Below are positions 1-11,036 of a stretch of DNA of 64,000 nt, one piece after another; the first letter of the stretch is position 1; each line of letters opens with the position of its first letter. Origin of the DNA: Chiloscyllium plagiosum (Eukaryota); the NCBI RefSeq assembly GCF_004010195.1, contig NC_057755.1:8905306-8969305 (forward strand). Reading direction: 5' to 3'. The notes under the pieces are model-generated. The model was not told the DNA's origin. It did no database searches and saw only the letters and a list, made by a program, of their open reading frames with translations. The translations under genes were made by a program, and so were the position numbers.

Positions 1-492
1 CTTCCCCTTTCTCTCGGGGATCTGGGGTGGAGGGTGCTGCATGCAGCAGTCCCCTGCAACCGCAGATTGCGGTGGTTCACGGACTCCCAGCCCAACTGCT
101 TGTTCTGTGGCGCTGTGGAGTCCGTGGACCACGTGTATATTGTGTGTTGGCGTTTGCACTCCCTTTTTGATTTTCTTAAAAACCTCCTCCTCTGCTTTTG
201 GTTGCAATTCAGTCCCACACTCCTGATCTTCGGGTACCGGGTACGTTGGAGGGAGGGCAGGTCTGAAGACCTCCTCGTGAGTCTGCTCCTGGACCTGGCC
301 TTTTGTGAAGGGCACTGCTTGTCACTGGCCACTCGTGTGTTTTCCTATCTTCCTGGTGGTGGAAATTGAATAAAGATTCGTACACCTTGTGTCTCTCACT
401 GTGGCTCACACCTGCACACAAACAACATGGGTGCTGGGGGGAAAAATAAGCACTACCACAGTTAGGCGGTAGTGTGGGTGTTAAAAAAAAAA
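1..492 (+). mobile_element. Tx1-clade non-LTR retrotransposon, 3' end (copy 1, runs off the window)
   Basis: Aligns to 5401-6110 of copy 2: ORF2 C-terminal cysteine-rich region (CLFCGAVESVDHVY), 3' UTR with AATAAA and an A-tail. About 225 bp equivalent to ~5698-5922 is deleted. Confidence 0.9.
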
Positions 493-839
493 GAAACAGG
501 AGTGTCCGAGGTTCTGTGCACTCTGAGAGCTTGCTCAGAGGGAGCTGGATCAGTGTGTGTGGAAGGACTCACGTCCTTGAAGGTGTCTGAGAGGAAGGGG
601 ACTGTCTCTGGACAAGCTGCCCCACATCCAGTGTTCTCGAAAGAGGGAGGAAGGAACGAAGAAGAAGAAGAGGAGGAAGAAGAGGGGAAGGAGGGGGATG
701 CAGAAGGAGGTGGGAAATCTAAGTCCTGGGCCTGCTTTTGGAGCTGCAACCTGGGCCTCACCCAGGTGAAGGGAGTGTTGCTGCTGACCTGGGGCCCACT
801 CCCAATGCTGGTCTCTGGAATCGCACCCGGACCTTACTC

Positions 840-1270
840 AGCTGCTACTGTTTGGGGCCTGCCTCACTGCTGCTGCCTGGGCCTCGCCTTGGGCCCCTCC
901 CAGAACCTCCACCGCGGCTGCTAGAGGCCCACCTCCACTGCTGCTGCCTGAGACTCGCTTGGGGCTGCCTAGGACTTGCCTTGGGGACCCCCCTCAACAG
1001 GTCTGCCCCCAACGCTGCGACCAAACGCCTACCTGGGACTCACTCTGGTGCAGCCTGGGACTTGCCTGAAGCCTGCCTTCACCACTGCTGTTGCCTGAGG
1101 CCTGCCTCCACTGCTGCGACCAGGGGCCTACCTGAGAATCACTTTGGTGCTGCCTGGGACTTGCCTGAGGCCTGCCTCCACCGCTACTGTTCACTGAGGC
1201 CTGTCTCCACCACTGCTGTTGCCTGGGGCCCATACTGGACTCTCATCATGCCTGTTTCCACCAGCCGCAG
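840..1270 (+). repeat. Degenerate tandem monomers (GCCTGCCTCCACTGCTGCTGCCTG-like) in the Tx1 5' UTR
   Basis: The motif cctgcctccac(c/t)gctgctg(t/c)(t/c)tgcctg(a/g)g recurs about ten times directly upstream of the ORF1 ATG at 1282. Confidence 0.7.
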
Positions 1271-1281
1271 ACAGCAAAAGC

Positions 1282-2460
1282 ATGGCGAGTCCGAAAATCG
1301 CAGGGCCCAGCCGCACCTCCGCCGGCGTAGCCGCTGACTTAGGCTCGGCTGTCCAACCCCGTCTGCAACCACGACCCCCTTCAGGCACCTGACTAAACGC
1401 CTGGGGGTCAAGGACGATCCCCACCCCAACATGACCATCGAGGTGTGCAGTAAGGCCATGGCGAGAGCGGTCGGCCCACTGGCCATCGTTGCTGCGGCCA
1501 GGATCTAGGGGAAGGCCGTGGTTTTCCTAAAGACCGAGCAGGCGGTCCACCTGGCCGAGAAGAGGGGGCTTACTGTGAGCGGGACACATTTGCCCGTTGA
1601 CTCCTTGGAGGTTATGGACCAGAGGGTCGTCATCTCCAACGTCCGGCACTTCATTGCCAGCGAGCTCCTTCTTCCCCACCTCAACACCTTGGGGGAGATC
1701 CGGTGGAGTGTCCAACTGCTCCAGCTCGATCTCAAGTACCCTGCCAGGTGTTTATTTAACTGATCCAGGAGGAGGTAACCAAGGGCTAGTTTACCCTCCT
1801 CCATGAGGGCGCAGCCTACCGCGTCTTCTGGACAGTGGATGGTGTGCAGTGCAATATTTGCGACGAGGTGGGGCACATAAGAAAAAACTACCCCACCCAG
1901 ATGGCTGCCCTGTCCACACCAACGGCTGATGGTGGTGCGGCCGCACCTACTTCCCCTCCCCCGAAGTCGACACAACAAGCCGGCAGTGGTGGCTAAGCCA
2001 GAGGCTTCCAATGCCTTAGCCCCTGTCAGGGAGGGGTGTGAGTGTCCGGCCGGCCGGAAGGTGCTCAAGAAGACGCAACGTGCCAGGCCCGGCCACGTGG
2101 AGACCACCCTGTCGCCTTCCCCTACACCTAGCCCATGAACTGCTCCGCCCCGGCATGACAGGTCCCCCGCGGCCGTGTCTGTGTCGCCTCGGCGTGGAAA
2201 CCCTGACCTCCAAACCCCCAAACCTGTACCTAACCCCAGCCCTGCTGCACCCATTGGCCACACACCCTACCCCCGCCCCGTCACAGAAACTCCTGGGGCT
2301 TCAACGCCTGCTCCTTGCCCGGGGGCCCCTGAGCCCGATCCCCGCCCGACCCAGCCACACCCTGGTACTAAGCTGTGGGGAACCACCGCTGCCTCACCTC
2401 CTACAGCAACTGTGTCTCTGGGCCCTGGAGGGGGAACTGGGTCCCTGCCTTCCTGCCACT
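1282..2460 (+). pseudogene. Tx1 ORF1 (RRM-like plus zinc knuckle), disrupted
   Basis: Fragments AVGPLAIVAAARI*GKAVVFLKTEQAVHLA...RVVISNVRHFI and a degenerate knuckle QCNICDEVGHIRKNYP (~1846-1895). Contains stops and frameshifts. Confidence 0.8.
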
Positions 2461-2469
2461 GGTTTATCA

Positions 2470-5400
2470 GGTGATGTGGGCGGGGATCGGGCTCAGGGGC
2501 CCCCGGGCCAGGAGCAGGCCTGCACCGGTTGGGCGTCGGGGAGGAGGTTGGGGGACTTGGTCAAGTCCTTCGACCTGGTGGCCATCTGGCTGAAACTCCA
2601 TCCCGACTCCATCGCCTTCACCTTCGTGAGCCTGAGGTCGGTGCTTCCAGAATCGACGCCTCCTGTTTTCCGACGGCCTCCACGCAGCAAGTGTAGTGCA
2701 TGGACCATCACCTGGTGTGGGCAGATCTCCATCCGTTCGGTGCCAGGCCCGGCTCTGCGTACTGGCACTTTAACAACCTGCTGCTGGAGGACCAGCGGTT
2801 CCGGGACTCGTTTCTTCGTTTCTGGGTCGGCTGGAGAAGGAAGCAGGGAAGCTTCCACTCCCTGAGGCTATGGTGAGACGTGGTCAAGGCTCACATCAGC
2901 GTTTTCTGTCAGGAGTACGCGAGGGGATCGACAAAGAGGCGGAAATCCAGGATCAGGAAGTTGGAGAGGGAGATGCTCGACCTGGAGTCACGCATTGGTC
3001 AGCCCGATGCAGACCCGGCCCTGCATGGGGTGTACAAAGATAAGAAGACCGCGGTCCGGGACCTGCAGCTCGTCGGGGCTCGAGGCGCTTACGTGAGGTC
3101 GCGGATCCAGCTCCTCCAGGACCTGGAACACGGATCCCCCTTCTTCTATTAGCTGGAATAAAGGTGTGGCGCCCGTCACCAGCTCCTTGTGCTGCTGGCC
3201 GACGACGGGTCCCTCGTCTCGGATCTGGAGGGTATCAGGGCCCACATCCAAAACTATTATACGGTTCTGTTCTCTCCGGATCCGTCCAGCGAGGATGCTC
3301 ACAGAGTTCTGTGGGAGGACCTGCCGCAGCTCGGCCAGGAAAACGCCGGAAGGCTCGACACTCCCGTCACCTTAGAGGAGCTGACCGGCGCTCTCGAGGG
3401 GCAAATCCCTGGGGCTGGACAGGCTGACTGTGGAGTCCTTCAGGGAGTTCTTAGACGTCCTGGGGAGCGACTACACACAGGTCCTGGGGAGTGTCTAAAT
3501 GCCGGAGAGCTGTCCCTTTCTTGACGCAGAGCGGTCATCTTCCTGCTGGCAAAGAAGGGGGACCTTCATTCTTTAAAGAACTGGCGTCCAGTCTCCCTCC
3601 TCAGCACGGACTACAAAATCTTCACCACAGTGTTGACTTCTTGCCTGACTTCCACGCTGGCCCACATGATTGACCTGTACCAGTCCTACATGGTCCCGGG
3701 CCGGAAGATATATGACAACATCCAACTTGTCCGGGACCTGATCCATTTTTGTCGACGGGCTGGTCTGCCGAGCACCTTCCTGTCTCTTGACCAGGAGAAG
3801 GCATTCGAAAGGGTCAATCACGAGTACCTGCTCGGGACTCTGCGGGCATTCGGTTTCGGGACGCAGTTTGTCGCCCGGATCCGACTTTTGTACGCCACCG
3901 CAGAGTGTTTAGTTAAAGTTAATGGGTCCCTGATGGCGCTGCTTCGCTTCAGGAGAGGAGTGCGTCAAGGCTGCCCCCTGTCCGGCCAGCTGCATTCCCT
4001 ATGCGTGGAGCCTTTCATGCACCTCTTGCAGAGGAGGTTTCCGGGGCTGGTTCTGTGCAGCACGGGCATGGGGGTGTTCCTCTCGGCCTACGCCTTCGAT
4101 GTGCTCCTCACTTTCAATGACCCGTTTGACCTGGGGAGGATGCGCGAGTGCTGGGCCGTGTACTCGGCAGTATCTTCCACCTGGATCAACTGGGCCAAAT
4201 GTTCCGGACTACTGGTCGGTCCATGGCGAGTGGACTGCCTGCTGGAGGAGTTAAAGGTGTTCAGTTGGAGAACCACCCATCTCCTCCAGCTGGGGGTCTA
4301 CCTTAGCCTGGCTGAGAAATCCTAGCTGACAAACTGGCATCCTAGGTGCCAAATACACGGCTGGCCTAGGCCGCTGGACAGGACTGCTCCGAGTGCTATC
4401 TTGCAGGAGTCGAGTGCTGGTCATAAACCAGCTGGTAGCGGCCATGTGTGGAACCAGCTGGTCACTTTGGTCCCTCCTCCTTGTTTTGTCGCTGGCATCC
4501 AGAGAACTTTGATTGACTTCTTCTGGGACATAAAGATGCAGGGGTCGCTGCACAGGTTCTGACTCCCCCTATTGAGGAGGGCGATCAGTCGCTGGTGAGC
4601 GTCCACACCCAGGTCACAATGTTCCACCTTCAGACTAGGCAGCGATACCTTTATGTTGAGCCTCCTCCTAAATGGTGCGCCCTGGTGACGTACTTTTTCC
4701 GCCAGGTGCGTAACCTCAACTATGACACACAGCTCCTGTTCATCGACTGTGACGGTTTGGAGGTGGCCCTCAAGACGCTGCTGTCTTTTACCAGGACCTG
4801 ATCACTGTCTGGAACATGGTCAAATTGTGTCGTACTTACCCTTCGGCAGGAGTAGCGGCTGTGGTCAGGGAGCCATTGCTCAGGAATCCGCACCTCCATA
4901 CTTGCGGTTTGGAGTGGCTTTCGGAGGGGAGGGCCATGGCAGCGAGGGTGACCATGGTCGGGGACGTGCTGGGTGCTGGGGGTCTGGGCTGGACGCTGCC
5001 AAAGGACATAGTACGCAATGCAGCGGTAGACATCCGGTACGTGGCAACCGCCATCCGACAATTTAAAATGGCAGTTATTGGACCCGACATAGTGCACCAG
5101 TTGAAGGATGCTCAGGTGTACGGTGGAATCCCGTCCGCGCTCACCCCAGCCTGGACGGAGTTTCACATTTGCCCCAAGGTCCCATACTTCCAGCGGGAGC
5201 CTGTGCCCCACAACCTGAGCGGTCTCCGGAATTTTAGTTTTGTCCCTTTTAAGGACGTAAAAAGGCGGGCCCTGTATCGACTGCTACTGCACACCATCAA
5301 TCTCTCCTCCCTCATCCACCGACTGGACACACCTTGGCGTGCCCATTTGCCACTGGGCGGTGGGGATCCCCAGTGGAGGGCTCTCTACGCTGGAATCCTC

Positions 5401-5880
5401 CACCTTTCTCTCGGGGATCTAGGGTGGAGGGTGCTGCACGGAGTGGACACCTGCAAATGCAGATTGCAGTGTTTCACGGACTCCCAGCCCAACTGCTTGT
5501 TCTGTGGCGCTGTGGATTCCGTGGACCATGTGTATATTGACTGTGGGCGTTTGCACTCCATTTTCGATTTTCTTAACAACCTCATCCTCTGCTTTTGGTT
5601 GCACTTCAGTCCCACGCTTCTGATCTTCGGGCGGCCGGTATGCAGGAGGGAGGGCAGGTCAGAAGACCACCTCGTGAGTCTGCTCCTGAGCCTGGCCAAA
5701 CTGGCCATAAACAGGTCCAGGCAGCGGGCCGTGGAGGGGGTCGTTAGGGCCGACTGCCTGCCCCTCTTCCGCGGGTACGTTAGTGCCCGGATGTCTGACA
5801 CCCTGGAGTTGTTCAGGGAGAGGTGGGTGCCGCAGGTAGTGGAGTGCATTATTTCCACCTCCAACTCTATCTTGATTTAA
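2470..5880 (+). pseudogene. Tx1 ORF2 (partial APE endonuclease, reverse transcriptase, C-terminal CCHC region), disrupted
   Basis: WHFNNLLL, NWRPVSLLSTDYKI, LSLDQEKAFERV, GVRQGCPLSG, and YAFD in place of YADD. Multiple frameshifts; the endonuclease N-terminus is largely deleted. Confidence 0.9.
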
Positions 5881-6071
5881 TCACTGCCATCCCCTTCACT
5901 GTCTGATCACACAGCATTGCCCTTTGATGTGAAGGGCACTGCTTGTCACTTGCCACTCGGGTGTTTCTTTATTACCTGGTGGTGGAAACTGAATAAAGAT
6001 TCTTGCACCTTGTGTCTTTTACTGTGTCTCACACCTGCACACACACATGGGTGCTGGGGGGGAAAATAAGC

Positions 6072-6312
6072 ACTACCGCCGTTAGGTAGAAATGTGGGGG
6101 TAATAAAAAAAACAAAAAAAGACAGAGCCAACAAAAAAAAAGAAAAATAAATAAACAGGAGCGTCAGAGTCTTCTAATTTAGGGGGCTGACTACTACCGC
6201 AGTTAGGTAGAAATGTGGGGGTAATAAAAAAACAAAAAAAGACAGAGCCAACAAAAAAAAAGAAAAATAAATAAACAGGAGCGTCAGAGTCTTCTAATTT
6301 AGGGGGCTGACT
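6072..6312 (+). repeat. Near-perfect 2 x ~120 bp tandem duplication spanning the Tx1 tail/target junction
   Basis: actaccgc...ataaacaggagcgtcagagtcttctaatttagggggctgact occurs at ~6072-6192 and ~6193-6312. Confidence 0.9.
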
Positions 6313-8536
6313 CTGTGCTGGCTGGGCCATAGTCAGTGTATTACTGTTGCAGTAGGTTTCTGCTTCTTTTTTTTTGTGGGCGAAACCTGATTCCTGAACT
6401 GGCTGAATTATATAGCCACTTTGTTAACTGGCATTCCTTTTTGAGAACTGATATCTAAACTCTTGATGCACACTATCTGTTCTAGGTGTAACTCAGTTCT
6501 CATTAGGGAACCGTTGTTTCACTGGCTGGTTACATCCTGTGTTAGTCTTTTCTCTTTTTACTTTTGAGAAAATGACAATGTTAATTTTGTGGTAGGGCTT
6601 AGCCCTTGGACTCTCGTTTCCTTTGTTTTTTGTAAGTGTCTTCACTTTTTTTGTGTGTTTTGACTGAGCCCTTTTGAAGGGATACAGCTTACCCGCTGAG
6701 CTGTTCCTGATTGGAGGCCTAGCCCTGGGACTGGGCCTCTGAAGATTGAACACCTGTGTGTGTGCTGGGAGGTGAGCACTTGCTGTATCCTGCAGTTTGG
6801 GAGAAGACCTCGCCTTCACGCATGGCCCAAACCCCTGTGAGTTAACTGCACCTTTACAATATGCTGTATTCCTGTGAGCGGGCCTGGTTCTCCAAGGATG
6901 GGCCTGGACTCCATGGAGATTGAATACCTGTGTGCTGTGGGGTGTGCATTTGCTGCCTTCAGGAGTGGACTCTGCCCTCGGTTGTGGACTCTGTTTTTAG
7001 CAACGAACTCTGCAGTTTGGAGTGGACTCCATTTTTGACAATGCACTTTGTATACTGGAGTGGGCTCTGTTCCTGGGAATGGACTATACATTTTGAAGAG
7101 AACTGTCTATGCTAATGGACTATATGTATTAGAAAAGACTCTGTTTTTGGTAATTAGCTATCATGTGGTATGTTTGGGTTACCACCTACACTATCTTGTG
7201 TGGCCCAGGGTCTGGCAGGCCTAACTGTGAGCTGGCGAGGTCATAGGTCGTCCTGAATGCTGTCACCCTGACAACCGGAGCGTGGGTAAGCAATCCTGTG
7301 AACCTGAATGTTGGTAGGCTGTCCCGAAAGCTGGAGGGTGGGTAAGCCACTCTGATGCCAATCTCCCGAGAGCCAGAAGGCGGGTATGGTATTCTGAGTG
7401 CTGTCGTCCCGAGAAGGGGTAATCGGGCCAGGCTGAGCTAGAGGTGGTCGGAAGGTGTGTCAAAACAGCCGAGAGTCACAAGGTGCGTTGGGGGAGGCTC
7501 AGATTAGGAAGGTTTATTAGATTACTTACAGTTTGGAAACAGGCCCCTCGGCCCAATAAGTCCACACTGACCCGCCGAAGCATAACCCACCCAGAACCAT
7601 TCCACGACATTTACCCTCTCACCTAAAACTACGGGCAATTTAGCATGTTCAATTCGCTTAACCTGTACATTTTTTGGATTGTGGGAGGAAACCGGAGCAC
7701 CCGGAGGAAACCCACACAGACACGGGGAGAATGTGCAAACTCCACACAGTTAGTCACCTGAGGCGAGAATTGAATCTGGGTCTCTGGCGCTGTGAGGCAA
7801 CAGTGCTAACCACTGTGCCACCGTGCCGCCCACATGGGATCCTCTGTGTGCTGTCGTCCCTGGGGAAGGGGGCGGGTTGTCCTAGAGGTGCCCGGAATGT
7901 TTGTCAGGGTAGTCCACAAATCTGGTGGCGCATCAGGGTTGGTGAGAGCCCAATGGTATGTAGGGGCAGATCGAGAGACGGAAAGCCGGAAGGCCATCCT
8001 CAGCGCTGTCACCCAGGGCGGGTAACGTGGCGGGCTGTCTGAGAGGTGGTCGAAAAGTGCTGAAGATGGTTAGTGAAGTCAGAAGGTGGGTAGGCCGCCC
8101 TGACCGCTGTCACCCCGGGCGAGTACTGGGGCAGGCGGTCCTAGAGGTGCTCGAAAGGTGTGTCAGGCCGGACCGAGAACTGAAAGGGGCATGGGGTGGA
8201 CCGAGAGCCAGAAAGTGTGTAGGGACTGGCTGCCTTAGAGTGGCCGGAAGATGGGAGGGACGGTGGGCCTTGCTGGGTTTTCTGGGGTACTGTATTGTAT
8301 GCACTGTTTCTTTATGTATTTGAATTGTCTTGTTTGTACAAATGTCTTTGTTCCTGTTTTGTGGTGATTGAAGCTAGGATTTGAGATTTGTCCTCATTTC
8401 CATGAAAACTGGTTGACCGTTAGGGTTTGGGGCCTGGCTTTGCTGCCCCTCTCCCTTGTAAAATTGCTGTTTCTCTGAAAATAGCTGTAAATATTAATTC
8501 TTTTGAAAACTGAGAATTATTTAATAAAATATAAAA
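6272..8536 (+). mobile_element. ORF-less ~1.9 kb poly(A)-terminated element (element A, copy 1), putative non-autonomous Tx1 passenger
   Basis: Begins with LTR-like aaacaggagcgtcagag. Contains TGGACTCT and gctgtcgtcccgagaagg sub-repeats. Ends in a T-rich tract, AATAAA and A-rich sequence. Homologous throughout to 8533-11036. Confidence 0.7.
7516..7833 (-). mobile_element. HE1-type tRNA-derived V-SINE inserted in element A
   Basis: Reverse strand reads ggcggcacggtggcacagtggttagcactg (A box), the central gtggagtttgcacattctccccgtg domain and an aatct tail. Absent from element A copy 2. Confidence 0.9.
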
Positions 8537-11036
8537 ACAGGTGATTCAGAGCCTTCTCAATTTAGGGGACAGACTCTGTGCTGGTTGAGCCACAGTCAGT
8601 GTGGTACTGTTCCTGTTGGTTTCTGCTTCTTTTTTCTGGGGTGGAAACCTGATTCCTGAGCTGGCTGAATTACTTAGCCAGTTTTTTAACTGGTATTCAT
8701 TTAGTGAGGACTGATTTCTAAACTCTTGGTGCACAGAATGTATTTCAGGTGTAACTCAGTTTTCATTAGGGAATTGTTGTTTCACTGGTTTGTTACAGCC
8801 TGTGTATTACTCTTTTCTCTTTCACTTTTCAGAAACTGACAAATGTTGATTTTATGGCCGGGCTTAGCCCTTTGTCTCTAGTTTACTTTGGGTTTTTTTG
8901 TACGTGTCTTCACTGTTTTTTGGTATTTGGACTGAGCCCTTGTGAATAAATACATCTTATCAGATGAACTGTTCCTGTCTGGAGGTCTATCCCTGGGACT
9001 GGGCCTCTGAAAATTGAACACCTGTGTGTGTTCTGGGAGGTGAGTACTTACTGTGTCGTGGAGGTTGGGAGAAGATGTTTCCTTCAGGACTGGACCAACC
9101 CCCTGTGAGTTCATTGCACCTTTACAATATACTATGTTCCTTGGGAGTGGGCCAGGTTCTCCAAATACGTGTCAGGACTCCATGGAGCTTTAATACCTGT
9201 GGGGTGTGCATTTGCTGCCTTCGTGAGTGGACTCTGCCCTCTGTTGTGGACTCTGTTTATAGCAATCGACTTTGCAGTTTGGAGTGGACTCTATTTCGGG
9301 CAATGCACATTGTATACTGGAGTGGAGTTTGTTCCAGTGAGTGGACTCTACATTTTTAAGAGAACTGCTTATGCTAATAGACTCTGTGTACCAGAGTGGA
9401 CTCTGTTTGTTGGTAATTAACTTTGTCAGGTGATATGTTGGGGTTATCACCTGCACTGTCTGGTGTGTCCCTGGGTCTGGCAGGCCTAACTGTGAGCTGG
9501 GGGGGCTCATAGGTCATCCTGAATGCTGTCACCCTGAGAGCCGGAGTGTGGGTAGGCCATCCTGTGAACCTGAATGTTGGTAGGCTGTCCCGAAAGCTGC
9601 AGAATGGGTAAGCCTCCCTGATCCCAGTCCCCCGAGAACCAGAAGATGACAGGCGGTTCTGAGTGCTGTCGACCCGAGAAGGTGTAATCGGGATGGGCTG
9701 AACTAGAGGTGATCGAAAGCCGAGAGTCACAAGGCGCATTGGGGGAGACTACGATCTGGAAGGCTTGTGGGATGCCCTCTGCACTGTCGTCCCTGGGGAA
9801 GGAGACGGGCTGTTCCAGAGGAAGTCGAAAGGTGCATCAGGGTGAACTGAGAGCTGGAAGGTGCGTAGGGGTGCGGTGTCTTCGAGTGGCCAGAAGGTGG
9901 GATGGAGGGGGGATGGAGTGGACCCTACCTTCGAGAGTGGACCGAACACCTGTCAGTTAACTGTACATTTACAATGTACTGTGTTCCTGTGAGCGGGCCT
10001 GGGTCTCTGTAGATGTGCGAAGACTCTATGGAGACTGAACACCTGTGTGCTGTGAGGTGAGTATTTACTGCCTTCAGGAGTGGACTCTGCCCATGGTTGT
10101 GGACTCTGTTTCTAGCAACGGACTCTGCAGTTTTGAGTGGACTCCATTTCCGGCAATGCACTTTGTATACTGGAGTGTACTCTGTTCCTGGGAATGGACT
10201 CCATATTTTGAAGAAAATTGTTTATGGTAATGGACTCTGTGCACCAGATAGGACTCTGTTTGTTGGTAATTGACTGTTTTGTTGTTTGTTGGGTTTATCA
10301 CCTGCACTGTCTTGTGTCCCTGGGTCTCGCAGTCCTTACTGTGTCCTGAAAGCTGTCACACTGAGAGCCGGAGGTTGGTAGGCTGCCCCGAAAGCTGGAG
10401 GGTGGGTAGGCCACCCTGATGTCGATCGCTCCGAGAGCCAGAAAGTGGGTAGGCTGTTCTGACAGCTGTCGTCCCGAGAAGGGGTAATTGTGATAGGCGG
10501 AAGGTATGTCAGTGTAGTCCACGGGCCAGATGGCGCATCGGGGTGGGTGAGAGTCCAATGGAACATAGGGGCAGACCGAGAGCCAGAAGGTGGCTATGCC
10601 ACCCTCAGAGATATCACCCCGGGCAGGTACCGGGGCGGGCTGTCCTTGAGGTGGTCAGAAGGTGTGTCAGGTGGACCGAGAACTGTAAGGGTCATGGGGT
10701 GTACCGAGAGCCGGAAGGTGCGTCGGACCGTGCTGCCTGAGAGTGGTTGGAAGGCGGGAGGGATGGGTTGCTTGCTGGGTTGCTTGGGGTCAGTATTATT
10801 TGTACTCTTTTATGTAATTGGACAGTCTTGTACGTACAAATGTCATTGTTACTGTTTGTAATGATTGAAACTGGGATTTGAAGTTTGTCCTCATTTCCTG
10901 AAAACTGGTTGAACGTTACGGTTTGGAGCCTGGCTTTGCCATTCCTCTCCCTTGTAAAATTGCTGAATCTTTGTATACAACTGTTAATGTTAATTGTTTT
11001 GTAAACTGTGTATTGTTTTATAAAATAATATAAAAA
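8533..11036 (+). mobile_element. Element A copy 2, with an internal duplication of ~0.8 kb
   Basis: Same 5' start and 3' end as copy 1. Segment ~9100-9910 is repeated at ~9945-10760. Confidence 0.7.

Larger units (their letters stand above)
493..6150 (+). mobile_element. Tx1-clade (L1 group) LINE, near full-length, degenerate (copy 2)
   Basis: 5' UTR, ORF1 remnant, ORF2 remnant with RT motifs, 3' UTR with AATAAA at ~5992 and an A-rich tail at ~6095-6150. Confidence 0.9.

Noticed and set aside
640..710. GAA/GAG tract as a Koshi/Kibi-type microsatellite target of the Tx1
   Set aside because: It lies inside the 5' UTR; the element junctions map to LTR sequence, not to the microsatellite.
462..2865. 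Long overlapping GC-rich ORFs on both strands
   Set aside because: They are by-products of the GC-rich Tx1 UTR repeats and ORF1 antisense, with no independent protein motifs.
4816..5880. 354-aa ORF as a host gene
   Set aside because: It is the C-terminal part of the disrupted Tx1 ORF2.
6900..10260. Regularly spaced TGGACTCT motifs resembling a CRISPR array
   Set aside because: The repeats are only ~8-10 bp and irregularly spaced, the intervening sequence is shared between element copies, the context is vertebrate and there are no cas genes.
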